Shown in pieces: positions 1 through 13,337 of a stretch of DNA of 64,000 nucleotides. Below the pieces are notes generated by a model, which had not been told where the DNA came from, ran no database searches, and was given only the letters and a program-made list of their open reading frames with translations. Each line of letters opens with the position of its first letter. Position 1 is the stretch's first letter. Made by a program: the position numbers and the translations under genes. The DNA comes from Antedon mediterranea (taxonomy: Eukaryota > Animalia > Echinodermata), in NCBI RefSeq assembly GCF_964355755.1, contig NC_092677.1:23547175-23611174 (forward strand), written 5' to 3'.

Positions 1-2329
1 GTTCATTTTGTTTTGTTGCAGAGAGTGAGCTCAAAAATAAGCTTTCATCTAAATATAGAACTTAAACTGTTAATAACCCATAATTCAGTTTTAATAAATG
101 CCATGAATATGACTCTCTATATCGAATATTAATCTCTCAATTTTATAAAAAATTGGCTTTTCTATATAAAAAAAACAAATATTAACTTAGACTTCAATAT
201 ATAAATTATGCTTAATTCTGAAATAAGATTTTGTACAGATCTCCTCCTTGGATACCTACCCTATCTGTCTAATGTATTTTGTAACATTAGTGTTCACCAT
301 TACTATATTGTTTCCTACAGTATATCTCTCTTAGGAAGATATCATCAAGGGTTTTAAAACAAAATTTCTGATTTCATCGGTAGATTTTTAACCGTCACCG
401 TGGTAGAAGTAATTAGTCATCACTTTGCGTTTTCCGGTATTTTCTGCCCCCTCAATATTGACCATTGTTTATTTTCAGGGGCCGTAGCATGATTGCAAAG
501 TGGGCAAGTTAGTACTAGATACTGTATAATGAGGGGATCTCTTCATGTTGACTAGTCAAGAACAGGAAATTTATCCTGGAAACAACAATGCGTTTTCTTT
601 TGAGGTTTAATTATCAAAAAATGTTATTATATATTAAAAATGTTCATAAAAATATAGAAGGTTCATAATTAAGAAGTATGAAAATGAAAAGGTTGACATT
701 TGAAGCAATCTTATGGTATCATATGCAATTATCATGTCATTCATAAATGAATATATTTAGAACATTGATTGAGTAAAGCTTTGATGAAAACAAGCGTAAC
801 GAGTGCAATTATTGCCATGGAAATGGCTTCTCTAACGGAAGTAGGCACAAAAGGGCACGAATTGAAATATTTTAATAACAAAGTATGGTCTGTGTTTTGT
901 GATGTTAATAAATTTATTAAATCTATGTTTGATATTTTATGCTCTAAAATATGCTCATGAAATAACTAACATTTTGAAACAAATAGTTAACAAACGATTA
1001 TTAAAATCCCGTTTCCCATTTCCAGCATGTCGATGGTATCAACATGCGATTGGGGTGGGGGGGGGGGGGATTTGGACATGATCTGGGATCTGGAGATTTA
1101 ATTGTTTTCATTAGATCCGGCGTGTTTATGACGGCGTGTTTATGATTTGATTCATTTACGTCATTTCTCAAGCCATAGGTGACAGTTCAATGCATACATT
1201 CCATCCAAACATCAATCAATCAATCAAAATTAACATTTATTTCCAAAATGGTGGCATCACCAATAAGCAAATGCTTGTGTCAGGGACGCCAAAAATAAAA
1301 CAGGACATAAAGCAGTACATTTCAACTGCAGTATAAATCATATTAATGAATAAAAGCCACTCCTGAAAATACTTTCAGATGCAGGGCTAACATTGTGGAA
1401 TATATATTGATTGCCAATCAAGAGGCATCTCTGGGCTAATAGGTCATTCCAAGAAATCTCAAAGTTAAATACAGTCCTCTGGGAACACCTACATCAAGGA
1501 GACACTTTCAATTTTCATGCAAAACAAATAAGGGAGAATATATTTTCTAACACTATCAGGGGACATCCTATTAAAATGTTCCATAGGGTTAGTGTATATG
1601 GAAAGCACATTTTTGGCAATCAAGTCATAGCATACATCTAGAAATGTCTTTAGGAATGTCACTCTTAAATACTTACTTACATACAGGAAGGTGCCACATT
1701 AAGGGGTATATTTTTGTGGGCCTGGTAGCACAAGTGAGGAAAAAAGTGCAAAATTTTTGTTGTATATTTCTGAGGTGTGAAATGATGGGGTGAAATTAGT
1801 AGTTTACAGCTATTTTTTATCGCACAGTTTTAGCGGGGATTTTAGTTATTCTGGATGCTAAGCTCATCACTAAAGGGGTCCTACATTTGAATCATTGAAA
1901 CCTACCTGCAAACAAAACAGACATAAAATACTGTATGTGTTAGTTCTCCTTCTGTGTGGTATATTTGTATCTTTTTTTGTTTTCATTATATTTGTATATA
2001 AATGAAATGTAAAACCACTCAACCAAATTTCATATGTACGTAGTTGTAAAAATTATAACAAATACTATCGTAAGTATTGCATCGTCATCTACTATAGTAT
2101 ATTAGAAAAGGATGACTCTAAGTACTGAGAATACTTTAGAGACTAATAAAAGCTAAGAGGGCCGGTTTCTAATTACAAAACTCAAATGTTATTTTATTTC
2201 AAACTCATTGTGATTGACAGAGTAAATAAACAGAAAAACAATGGAGACAATTTGTAATTATTATAACAATTATAACAATTTGTATAGTCACCATTAATTT
2301 CTGTTCATGGCACTGTGTACTACTGTAGG

Positions 2330-2690
2330 CAATGCTTCACCCCTAAGGGTCATGCCATATCAGTGCTGCCAATTCAGGGGCTCTCTCCCCTGTCCACAAC
2401 AGTGGCTGTGTGTTAAATAGCATACTGGGGTAAACCTCCAACTCATCTTGAAAGATGTACTGTAGAATACTAGGTTCTTAATAAAATAATAGAGATATTA
2501 TAGTTCACTATAATATCTCTATGATAAAATGCACACCAGCATTTTGTGTACACTGGACCTGGCAGACTGGATGGCAGTACCTACATGAGAAAAATTGCCC
2601 TATATCCAAGTATCAAGTGAGCCTTGAACATTTGCTGGTATTATAGCTATGGATAATGGTTCCACTGTCTTCTTAACCAATCGGTCACTT
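2330..2690 (-). mobile_element. Degenerate copy of the Deu-domain-like tRNA-SINE (same family as 6250-6603)
   Basis: Shares blocks with 6250-6603 (cagtggctgtgtg, gaaagatgtact, taggttctt, tgtgtacactggacct, ggttccactgtct); boundaries approximate. Confidence 0.65.
2488..2523. mobile_element. 36-bp palindromic insertion (P-element-like footprint or micro-MITE) with 7-bp TSD
   Basis: aATAGAGATATTATAGT-tc-ACTATAATATCTCTATG flanked by ATAAAAT at 2481-2487 and 2524-2530. Confidence 0.75.
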
Positions 2691-4337
2691 GTAATATAAT
2701 ATCAATTACAACATATAACTGCTACTTATTTTTAGTTTTATGAATCAAACTACTTTCTAAGCAACGCTAGTCCCTTTCCCCTAAACGAACCTCTCTATAG
2801 TCTAGCCTTTACTGCAGCATAACAGTTCATGAATGAATATTAAGAATCACTGGTTATAATTGCCATTATGATAAGTTGTAGACATTTCATTTTAGAAATA
2901 TCATATAATTTGTGTTAATCTAAATATATTCATCCAAACGTCTGCTCATAATTTGTTTGTAAATTGGGCTTTTGTTATTGTTTTTTAGTGTTTTCTTTTA
3001 ATCTTTTAATCAATTGTTGTAAATTATAATTAAAAACTCAGTTTTACTGTGAAGATGATTTTTGTTCAATTAATATACAATTGTGAATGAATGCAATACA
3101 GACAAACACAATCACATAGCCAGACGGGTCAAATAAACACCACTTTTTGCTGAGAAGTGCAAACTTTTAAAACTAGAAATGTGTAGCAAATGTAAATAGA
3201 CTAGTCTATTTTTTTCAATTTTGTGGGAAAACAAATCTCTTTATAAACATTCTGGCTACCAACTTGAAACAAGCAAGACACAGAACCTTAAAGGGTAGCT
3301 CCAAATTGATCAAACAACTACATTGATATTGGCAACAATAAACAATAGATAGTTTTAACCCGGGAGCTACCTTTTACAACAAAATGAATAAGGATTCTCT
3401 GATCATGTGTGAAGACAATCTTGAAGCAGATCTGCAAACAGTACTGTAGTCTGAATCATTGCAATAAATTAAGAAAATAAAATTAGATAGGCAAATTAAT
3501 ATGGACATTTGCAATAACTCCCATGATGTTATTAGAGAGAAGGCACATCTGAAATGAACATAAAAATCTCAACAAGCTCGTTGGTGTGGGCTTGATGCGT
3601 GCTTTGCTCAGCATACCAATGTCCATTAATATCAGAAATTTAGATCACTATGACTAAAAGTGACTTTCATTTACTCATGATTTGCATTGCAATTTAAAAT
3701 GGCAACCGTAATTACTTAACATTTTGCAATAATAATAATATATTTTATGTGCTGCGAATATGACTAAGCATGGGAATAAATTCACTCATGGCAACAGTGA
3801 CACTGCCCCAGTGTCAATACAGAATTAATCCTAGGTATAGGATGAGTCATGTTTGCCTATTGTATATTTTAAAATAAATTTTTAAAAAAGAATATCTTAA
3901 ATAAAAATAAATTATCAGAATAATTGGTAAACCAAATGGGGACGGATGTTCCTATAATTCCAACATATTTTAAAATTTGACCGCTTTTATAATATCATCG
4001 CGTATATGTTGTTTGGTTCACGGTAGCCATTGGCCAAAGGCTACTGGGAAATCAATGTGGCAACAAATGTTGCCAAATGTATTTCGCTTCTGCTGGACGT
4101 TAAAGATACCTTGAATATATACGTAATACATTTTGGAATCAGTCAGTGTTCCGGATTAAGCAATTGTCAATTTATGACAATTGTTTTGAATAAACAGTGG
4201 TTGCAAGGCACATGTTTGATAGTTCAAGTACCATTAATAATCATTTAAAAAAAGCATAAATAACAAGAAATTATCAGAATAAATGGTAAACCAAATGGGG
4301 ACTATAATAAATTATAAATAAATATAAATTATTTTTA

Positions 4338-4391
4338 ATAAATTATAGGGGTGTTCACTATTTAAAAATAGTGAACACCCCTATAATTTAT
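4338..4391. repeat. Perfect 26-bp-arm hairpin
   Basis: ATAAATTATAGGGGTGTTCACTATTT-aa-AAATAGTGAACACCCCTATAATTTAT. Confidence 0.9.
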
Positions 4392-5074
4392 AAAATCCAC
4401 CAATTTGGTTTTTATCTCTACAAAAGTCTCTCCACACACATGAGGTAGGAAGCCATGTTTTTTTTTTTTTATTCTGTGAAAAACTCAAGTTCAAGAGATT
4501 GGGAAGATGGAATGATGAAAATACGTATAACTATAACCTGACGATTCACACGACGAACAAATTCGCCTAGTGGAAAACAGGTTTTACGTATCAGGATTTG
4601 GAGTAATGGAAATAAAGCAGACTATTTATCATTCTGCATTCATTTATTTGTTGCATTGCTGCTAATATTCACACTGTAGTAATATATTTCAAGATCAATA
4701 TAACAATGATGCAAAATTATTCCCAATGGTTGTAACAAAATTTGTTAAACATACAAATTTGAATCAAGATTTATCAAAGGTAAATTATAACCTAATTTAT
4801 TGTGGATTAAAATTTAGATTTGCATAAATAAATCATTACAAGGGTAATTGTGAAATAGTTTTATTGTAGTCGACAAAGTATGATAATTACATAAGAAACC
4901 AGAGTCCTGTGGGGACCGAGGTTTCTATGTGTAAGATGTCTATACGAGTTTAAGTTAATATCTATCTGAACATGTTATGTACTATTAATTATACACAATA
5001 CGTAAATCACAATGCAATTAGTCTGTAAGTAAGATGTCTTAATACGGTTTAAGTTAGTATCTGTTGTGAACATG

Positions 5075-5345
5075 TTATTTATTTATTTTTTTTTTTTATT
5101 TATTTTTTTTTAACCATATTTAATGAGGGTGATCCATCCAGCTATTGCTGATCATTAGAGCCCTCAGAGGTTCACAAGACAAACATATATAAACAAGATG
5201 CTCTACATAAACAAAGTCTTATTACAAGTCTTTGGGAGTGGAGTAATTTGGTCCTTAGAAAAAATCCTGACATGTGACGGGACTTGAACCCAGGACCCTT
5301 GGAGTGGTAGCCATGCATCATAACCACCAAGCCACAACTCCACTC
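5075..5345 (-). mobile_element. tRNA-derived SINE-like element
   Basis: Minus strand has A-box TGGCTTGGTGG and B-box GGTTCAAGTCC; its A-rich tail appears as T runs at 5075-5111. It interrupts a local ~100-bp tandem duplication. Confidence 0.6.
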
Positions 5346-6249
5346 AAAAATATAATATGTATACTATTGTAATTAAACACAGACGTCAACCACATTGTGA
5401 TTAGTCTGTAAAAATCAAATAACAGGTTACGCCCACAAAAATATTCTTACTACGCAATGTCCAGTAAACCATTGAACTAAGACGATCAATAATACAAAAA
5501 TCATCCTAGAATCAAACCCCACAAAATGTATAAGAAGAACAAATGATTGCCGTTGTTGTGCAGACAGGAAAATAATATTAAAACATTTTAAGAGGATTCT
5601 AACTTATCCGAGTGGTATCCTGGCAAAGTGGTGTAATTTTTGGAGATACAGTAGCAAGGAAAAGAAGAGGGCACATGATAAAGAAGAAAATAACAGTATT
5701 AAAAAAAAAAGTGGCATAACTAAAAAAAAAACCCTTGTAAAGAAAACAGATCAATGAAGATAACAATTGATTCAATTTATATCCTGACACTGACGGAGTG
5801 GTGTAATCGTACACAAATGCACAACAGAATTTAGTAATTTTTGGAGCTGGTGAAGACGGGGCATATCATGATAAAGTAAGAAAATAATAGTAATTCATAT
5901 TCATATTCATTTATTATCCAGAAAAAATAATACAAAAACAATACAAAAAGCATATATAACATAGAACAACAACAAGCAGAGAAAAAGCGCAGAACACTAT
6001 CCTGGCGGATTGTCAAAAAGCAAAAAATATCGCTATAAAAGACTCTCCTGATAGTGCTGGTGGCAAAATAACATTAACAAGGATAAACATTTAACAACCC
6101 GGTAACATAGAATTTATATAAAACAGAATAAAAATTGTTTATTTAATAATAGTAAACACAAAAAAAACACTTGTTGTAAAGATCAGTAAGGATAACAAAT
6201 GATTCAATATAAATATAGAGGAATAACATTGTCTTTGTATGATTAACAT

Positions 6250-6603
6250 TATTTATTATTTTTTTTTTATTTATTCGACTTCTCACTAACTCAGTTAGTG
6301 AAGGATCTGCACCAACAGGTGGTAAACACCTCTAAAACGGTCCAGTCCCAATTTGCACAGTGGCTGTGTGTGACAGTGGCTGTGTTTGTGTGGACTAGTA
6401 CACCGGGGTAACCCCCTACTTGTCTCGAAAGATGTACTAGGTTCTTTAAAGTGCGCATGAGCTATGTGTACACTGGACCTACGGTTTATAGTCCTTATCC
6501 GAGAAGACCACCAGAACCATGGAGCGAGTGAGCCTCGAACCCTTGCCGATGTTATGGCTACGTAATTACGGTTCCACTGTCTTAACCGCTCGGCCACTCA
6601 CTC
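6250..6603 (-). mobile_element. tRNA-headed SINE with Deu/Nin-like central domain
   Basis: Minus strand: A-box TGGCCGAGCGG, B-box GGTTCGAGGC, then TCGGATAAGGACTATAAACCGTAGGTCC...TTTAAAGAACC...TTCGAGACAAGTAGGGG resembling the DeuSINE domain; A-rich tail. Confidence 0.75.
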
Positions 6604-6916
6604 ACTCATTGCTATTCCGACTAGATTTTGAGAAAGTTGTATATTAATCCTATGTAATGCGTTGTGTGCAATCAGTCTAATGCCATGTTTATACATGACT
6701 ATACATCAAACAGAATCATGCAGACCTTCTTGAATAAAACTGTAACACTGGCAGGTCGATGACCAAAAACAAATTGATCAAAAATCTACTGGATGTAAGG
6801 AATAATTCTGACCAATTTTATTATCATACCATATAATTGAATAATATAATATTAATAAGTATATATTAAGTACCAAAACCAAGAAAGCAAAGCTTGTAGG
6901 TATGGATCCAGTCAAA

Positions 6917-7120
6917 ATTATTCTACTGCAGTTACTGCATGCAGTAGTTATTATAAAGATATTGCCTGCTTAGAGGTAAAATATAAGATTTGACATCCCT
7001 GAGGGAATGATATTTTGCTTGAGGGAATTATATTTCCCGAAGCGCCAGCTGAGGGAAATATAATTCTCAAGAGCAAAATCCTCCCTAATCTGTATTTGAT
7101 AACTACTGCAGTAGAATAAT
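6917..7120. mobile_element. MITE with ATTATTCTACTGCAGT terminal inverted repeats
   Basis: Inverted termini at 6917 and 7105-7120; internal TGAGGGAA repeats; a related end near 23540-23560. Confidence 0.6.
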
Positions 7121-7205
7121 GTTTGGCTTCTGGCAATTTCTATTTAACGTATCCTCCCTAATATTTTCATTTACAGGTGAGTGGATGAGAGAGTTGAACT
7201 CAGGA

Positions 7206-7300
7206 TTTTAGACTCTACAGCTCACTATGTCAGTCGGTTGGTGGGTAAACACTAACTCAAATTTGAGCAGGTGACTGCAGCCATGTTTATGGCCTTGTTC
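7206..7300 (-). mobile_element. Short Helentron/DINE-like non-autonomous element (inverted copy of 54655-54754)
   Basis: gactctacagctcactatgtcagtcggttgg...gactgcagccatgtttatggccttgtt is the reverse complement of the element at 54655. Confidence 0.6.
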
Positions 7301-7729
7301 TGTATGTCATAAACACTATGCTACCCCGACTTCTTATATAGATAAGTAAAACTCCAATATTATTTTATTCAATATGGTTGCACCAATTTTTTATGTGCCA
7401 TCAATGAAAAGGCAGCACATAAAAAATTGGTTGCTATATAAAGGCTTTAATAATTTATTTTCAAAAATGTATTACAAATAATCAACAACACATAAACTGA
7501 ATCAATATTGTTATTTGATGTTGAGTCTTTTAAGACATTTTATATTGTACAGTATGTAGTATTCCATTTAAAAATATCATGAATATAGATTTGAATATAT
7601 TTTATATAATGTAGATAAGTTAAATTGAATGACAATCTGTCAATTGGAATGTTCTTCGGCATAAAATTATTAAGAAAGTCAATAATCTTACATTTTGTAT
7701 GCATTTTTATATCAAGTTTTTATTTCAGG

Positions 7730-9710
7730 TAGAAAGATGGACTGTGTTGGGGTGGAAGATGGACTAAAGTGTGTTGTGGTGGAGGATGGACTCAAGTGTG
7801 TGGCGGTGGAGGATGAACTCAAGTGCGTTGGGGTGGAGGATGGACTCAAGTGCGTTGGGGTGGAGGATGGACTCAAGTGTGTGGCAGTGGAGGATAGATT
7901 CAAATGTAGGGCAGTGGAGGATGGACTCAAGTGTGATGTGGTGGAGAATGGATTCAAGTGTGTTGTGGTGGAGAATGAACTCAAGTGTGTTGGGATTGAG
8001 GATGGACTCAAGTGTGTTGGGTTGGAGGATGGACTCAAGTGTGTTGGGTTGGAGGATGGACTCAAGTGCGTTGGGGTGGAGGATGGACTCAAGTGTGTGG
8101 CAGTGGAGGATAGATTCAAATGTAGGGCAGTGGAGGATGGACTCAAGTGTGATGTGGTGGAGAATGGATTCAAGTGTTTTGTGGTGGAGAATGGACTCAA
8201 GTGTGTTGGGATTGAGGATGGACTCAACTGTGTGGCGGTGGAGGATGGACTCAAGTGTGTTGGGGTGGACTTTGGAATCAAGTATGTTGTGGTGGAGAAT
8301 GGACTCAAGTGTGATGTAGTGAAGGATAGACTCAAGTGTGTAGTGGTGGAGGATGGACTCAAGTGTGTAGTGGTGGAGGATGGACTCAAGTGTAATGTGG
8401 TGGAGGATGGACTCAAGTGTAATGTGGAGGAGGATGGACTCAAGTGTAATGTGGAGAGGATGGACTCAAGTGTAATGTGGAGAGGATGGACTCAAGTGTA
8501 TTGTGGAGAGGATGGACTCAAGTGTAATGTGGAGAGGATGAACTCAAGTGTATTGTGGTGAGGATGGACTCAAGTGTAATGTGGAGGAGGATGGACTCAA
8601 GTGTATTGTGGTGAGGATGGACTCAAGTGTATTGTGGTGGAGGATGGACTCAAGTGTAATGTGGAGGAGGATGGACTCAAGTGTATTGTGGTGGAGCATG
8701 GACTCAAGTGTAATGTGGTGGAGCATGGACTCAAGTGTAATGTGGAGGAGGATGGACTCAAGTGTAATGTGGAGAGGATGGACTCAAGTGTAATGTGGAG
8801 AGGATGGACTCAAGTGTAATGTGGAGAGGATGGACTCAAGTGTAATGTGGAGAGGATGGACTCAAGTGTAATGTGGAGAGGATGGACTCAAGTGTAATGT
8901 GGAGAGGATGGACTCAAGTGTAATGTGGAGAGGATGGACGCAAGTGTAATGTGGAGAGGATGGACTCAAGTGTATTGTGGTGAGGATGGACTCAAGTGTA
9001 ATGTGGAGAGGATGGACTCAAGTGTAATGTGGAGAGGATGGACTCAAGTGTATTGTGGTGGAGGATGGACTCAAGTGTAATATGGAGGAGGATGGACTCA
9101 AGTGTATTGTGGTGGAGGATGGACTCAAGTGTAATGTGGAGAGGATGGACTCAAGTGTAATGTGGAGAGGATGGACTCAAGTGTAATGTGGAGAGGATGG
9201 ACTCAAGTGTAATGTGGAGAGGATGGACTCAAGTGTAATGTGGAGAGGATGGACTCAAGTGTATTGTGGTGAGGATGGACTCAAGTGTAATGTGGAGGAG
9301 GATGGACTCAAGTGTAATGTGGAGAGGATGGACTCAAGTGTATTGTGGTGGAGGATGGACTCAAGTGTAATGTGGAGGATGGACTCAAGTGTAATGTGGA
9401 GAGGATGGACTCAAGTGTAATGTGGAGAGGATGGACTCAAGTGTAATGTGGAGAGGATGGACTCAAGTGTATTGTGGTGGAGGATGGACTCAAGTGTAAT
9501 GTGGAGAGGATGGACTCAAGTGTAATGTGGAGAGGATGGACTCAAGTGTAATGTGGAGAGGATGGACTCAAGTGTAATGTGGAAAGGATGGACTCAAGTG
9601 TAATGTGGAGAGGATGGACTCAAGTGTATTGTGGTGAGGATGGACTCAAGTGTAATGTGGAGAGGATGGACTCAAGTGTAATGGAATGAAGAAAGAGACT
9701 CAAGTGTATG
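7730..9710. repeat. Minisatellite of 27-bp units grading into 26-bp units (core GAGGATGGACTCAAGTGT)
   Basis: About 2 kb of tandem units; the 5' part has 27-bp period (VEDGLKCxx reading), the 3' part is mostly GTGGAGAGGATGGACTCAAGTGTAAT. Confidence 0.97.
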
Positions 9711-10574
9711 AGGGATAACACTAATGCCCATCTCTTCAACATTGTTGGTGCTTATGTAAAAATAAAAAAGTATGTTATGTATACCTGTATACTTAGCATA
9801 GGATGAGAAGGTATCTCTTGTGAAAAGGTTCAATGACATGTCTGATCCAACAATAGCAACCAGCGGCTCACCTCTTGAATACCCTCTATTAAAACAAAAT
9901 TATTTTAATTAATTATTTCATTTATTATCAAACACAATACATTGTAATGCATAGAATACACAACTTTCAAACAAAACTACAATAAATAATGTTTACTATT
10001 TGCAGTAAAATATATAGTTATAAATAGTGAATCTTTAAAAATTTTTAAAAATTTCTATCTTTTTTTCTTCTATAAACAAAGTTAATTATTTATTATAGAA
10101 GTATAGTAGTATGTTATTTGTATAGTTTGCTTTGCATAATATCCTGCTTTGCATAAATAGTTTGATTTGCATTTGAAATTTGCATAAACCACTTGCCTAC
10201 TACATGTTTTGCATATACACCCTGATTTGCATTCACTTCCTTTGAATATTCTTATATCCTATATTTCATCATTTGTAAACATTGCTTTGTATTAGTTTTT
10301 AATAAAATTCTAATAAAAATACTATATACCAGGCTTCAATAAACATTTACACAGACTATTAATAATCATTGATTTTCTATTGATAATAGTTCGATTCATA
10401 TTATTGAGCAATCTTAAGTGCAATGTACTTTACTTCCAATATTCATAATTTAACAAACCATATTTAAATTACATTTTATTATTACAAACGAACCAAATCT
10501 AATAGTCACGTACTCTTCTTAATAATCTTATGAGAAATTACAATATTAAATCGAGTTTCCAAGGATATTTTCTT

Positions 10575-11153
10575 TTAATACAATGAGCCTTAGTACACAT
10601 AGCTTATGCAAATGGTAAGGTAATCCAAGGTGTTCACACATACGTAAATTAATGGTCGAGGTTTATCGTTTACATTTAAAAGGTTGCTCAGGGTCCCTAG
10701 TTCAAATTTTAGAGTGATCATGGGTGTTTTTTGTCTTTTCGTGAAATTAGGCCATCTTAGTTATTGCCAATGCTTGTTTTCATTTCTCGAGTTCAATCCT
10801 TCCAGAAAGTCACTCTGCTTTTGTCAATTATTTACTTTTATTTGATTCTAAACAATTCATGCGCTTTCAGATCGAAATTCAAAAGTAAACATTTTTTAGG
10901 AATCGCTTGTGACTGACAGCTCTGCGTTATAAATGGGCGCATGTAGCTGTCGTACAAACGGCAAGGACGTGGATAAAGAGTGGAGTTAACCTACCATAGT
11001 TCACATAAGGCATTGGTTACGCGAAGCTGACACTAGCCTTATACCATGCATGTGAGCACACACCTTGGCATTTTAATCAGTGGATTACCTTACCATTTGC
11101 ATAAGCTGTGCCAGTCTTGCGCCATACATGTGTACTAAGGCTCATTGTATTAA
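10575..11153. mobile_element. MITE with perfect 26-bp inverted ends
   Basis: TTAATACAATGAGCCTTAGTACACAT at 10575-10600 and its exact reverse complement at 11128-11153. Confidence 0.85.
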
Positions 11154-11423
11154 GTACCCTTAGTACACTCTGTGTAATATATTGAATAAATAAAAAAAAA
11201 ATATACCCTTTGTATTTCAGAAATAAGAATAATTTATTACCTTGACTGGCCATCAATCTCGACCAAATATGTTTTGTTGCCAGGTGGCGTCACTTGCGTT
11301 TTCCTCCGCAAAGATATATTGGTTAATGGTCGAAACATGTTGGTTCTGAAAAGAAAAAGAAATGTTGGGTGATATTACAGGCAGTGTATCTTCTAGGCAG
11401 GTGTGATGGATTACCATGACTAA

Positions 11424-11538
11424 AGCTCTGTCTACACTATCAAAAACACTGACAAAAAAAGTGTGTTGTGCCCAAACATGGTAGTGATATGCCCAAATAT
11501 GGTACTGATATGACATCACATAAAGTGTAGACAGAGCT
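11424..11538. mobile_element. PIF/Harbinger-like MITE (AGCTCTGTCTACAC TIR)
   Basis: TIRs with TAA/TTA flanks; related copies at ~19002-19151, ~60120-60219 and a partial one near 58020. Confidence 0.75.
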
Positions 11539-12540
11539 TTACACTCAGTCGTCGTCGTTGTACTCTGGGTCCTCTAGATTGCTTTCAAAAAGAGCTGAGC
11601 AGTTCTATTATCATATAAATTAATATTATTTATAGAATAATGAATATATTTCTATCTAATAATGAATATGAAAATAAGCTGAGTGCTAGTATATGACACA
11701 TATATACATATTTATAGTGAATCTGATGTTAATGTATGCCAAATTGCATGATTTTAAATCTTTTCACTTGAATAATTGTACTCAGTTGCTTCACCAAAGG
11801 ACTGTGATTTATTTAAGACAAAACATAGCGCCAAAAATGATAGACGGATGTATTGTATACCGTATAACATGAGAGACGCTGTGAGAAATGCCATAGTTTC
11901 TGCACTGCTTAAGGCCAAATCAAGACAGCATTGTACGACTAGGCCCGAAAAAACGTCTTGACTCGCCGGGCCTCTTTGTATGACGAGTTGGCCTTTACAG
12001 TGAAGGAAAAAGATGATGCTAAAGATAAATGAACTGTATAAAGACACATACGTTGTTTTGGCCTTATTTTTAAAATGTCAACTACATGAAATACAAGACA
12101 AAACTCATACTGCCAATCAAAACAAGTTAAAATCTTTAGATAATGGTTATGCGCACGCTAAATAACAACGATCAATTAGCATCCTCAGTCAGAAAGTAAA
12201 TAATCGCTCGGAGCACCGCCTCCTACATTGACTATGTTTACCATTATTCTGTCTGATACAGTTGATCAATACCAGAACAATCAGGCAACATGCATAATGC
12301 AAACATAGTTGTGAATTACCTGGCCTCGCTAACGATTTGAGAATGAGAGCAGTGCTTTGAAAATATATTACTTTACTTAGGAATCTCACGATAAATGGAC
12401 CATCATGAAAACAAAATTTCATGTTGAAACAGACATTTTAAAGTAAAAAATCACTCATATATTAATCTTCTTTAAAACTTATATTGTGAAAAAGTCTAAA
12501 AAATCTATTCAGTCCAGAACAAAATTTTAAGGTTTAATAA

Positions 12541-13337
12541 AGCCCCTTTCTCACAGATGTGCCTGCAATATACCGGTATTATGTTGGCGTCGTGCCGGTA
12601 TCGTTACCGGCATATACCCATTCTCATCGGACTATCGTGCCGGACATATAACCGGTATATACCAGCTTTCTGTGAGAAAGGAGTCGGGCATATTCGGCCA
12701 ATAAAAGTCTCCGACTAAATAATTATTGAAGGCGTCCTTTATTGTTATTATTTTTGTCTAGCGATATATGGCGGCGAATTTTAAGTTACAGGTTATTATC
12801 TTCCTTAATAGCATAGTTATGCAATACATGCTGTGTACAGTATATTGCGCATATATTATACAGGTACAGCAATTAATTAGCCGTCATCGGCAATCTGTAA
12901 AACACCTTAGAAGGCTGTACAATTTACAAGGCGACGAAGGGTCAGGCACCAACAAAAGAGCTATGGCCTAGGCCTATAGATTAAGCTACAAATGTCTTTT
13001 TGTCCCCTTATTTAAGCAGCTCTCTTATCTCATTATCCCTCCAGTTCGACATTATTATTGTAAATTGAATCGGCACCAAAGTGATACACTTGACCGCGCA
13101 AGGTGTCAAAGCCTCGACGGGGAATTAAATATAACCCGGAATATAACGGCGTTACGTTGTCACAGAATGCCCGTCTGGCATTGCGGGGAATATCCCTAGA
13201 ATATTACTAGGTCTAAAGCAGGTCATGTCGATGCCGGCATGATGCCAAGACGACCCGTTCTCACAGAAAATCATACCGGCATGGTAATGGTATATTCCCG
13301 CAATATTCCTGGCACACAGCTCTGTGAGAAAGGGGCT
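12541..13337. mobile_element. Non-autonomous TIR element, Harbinger-like (AGCCCCTTTCTCACAGA TIR)
   Basis: 17-bp inverted termini; subterminal repeats of the TIR core near 12670 and 13260; CCGG-rich arms. Confidence 0.75.

Noticed and set aside
769-6016. Short ORFs of 60-76 aa (and similar ones throughout 11-33 kb)
   Set aside because: No recognisable motifs; many have alternative starts or lie within repeats, as expected by chance.
7730-9710. CRISPR-like look (constant core plus variable bases) and the overlapping ORFs
   Set aside because: The variable part is only ~6-9 bp and recurrent, there are no cas genes, and the context is eukaryotic; ORFs on both strands follow from the 27-bp period.
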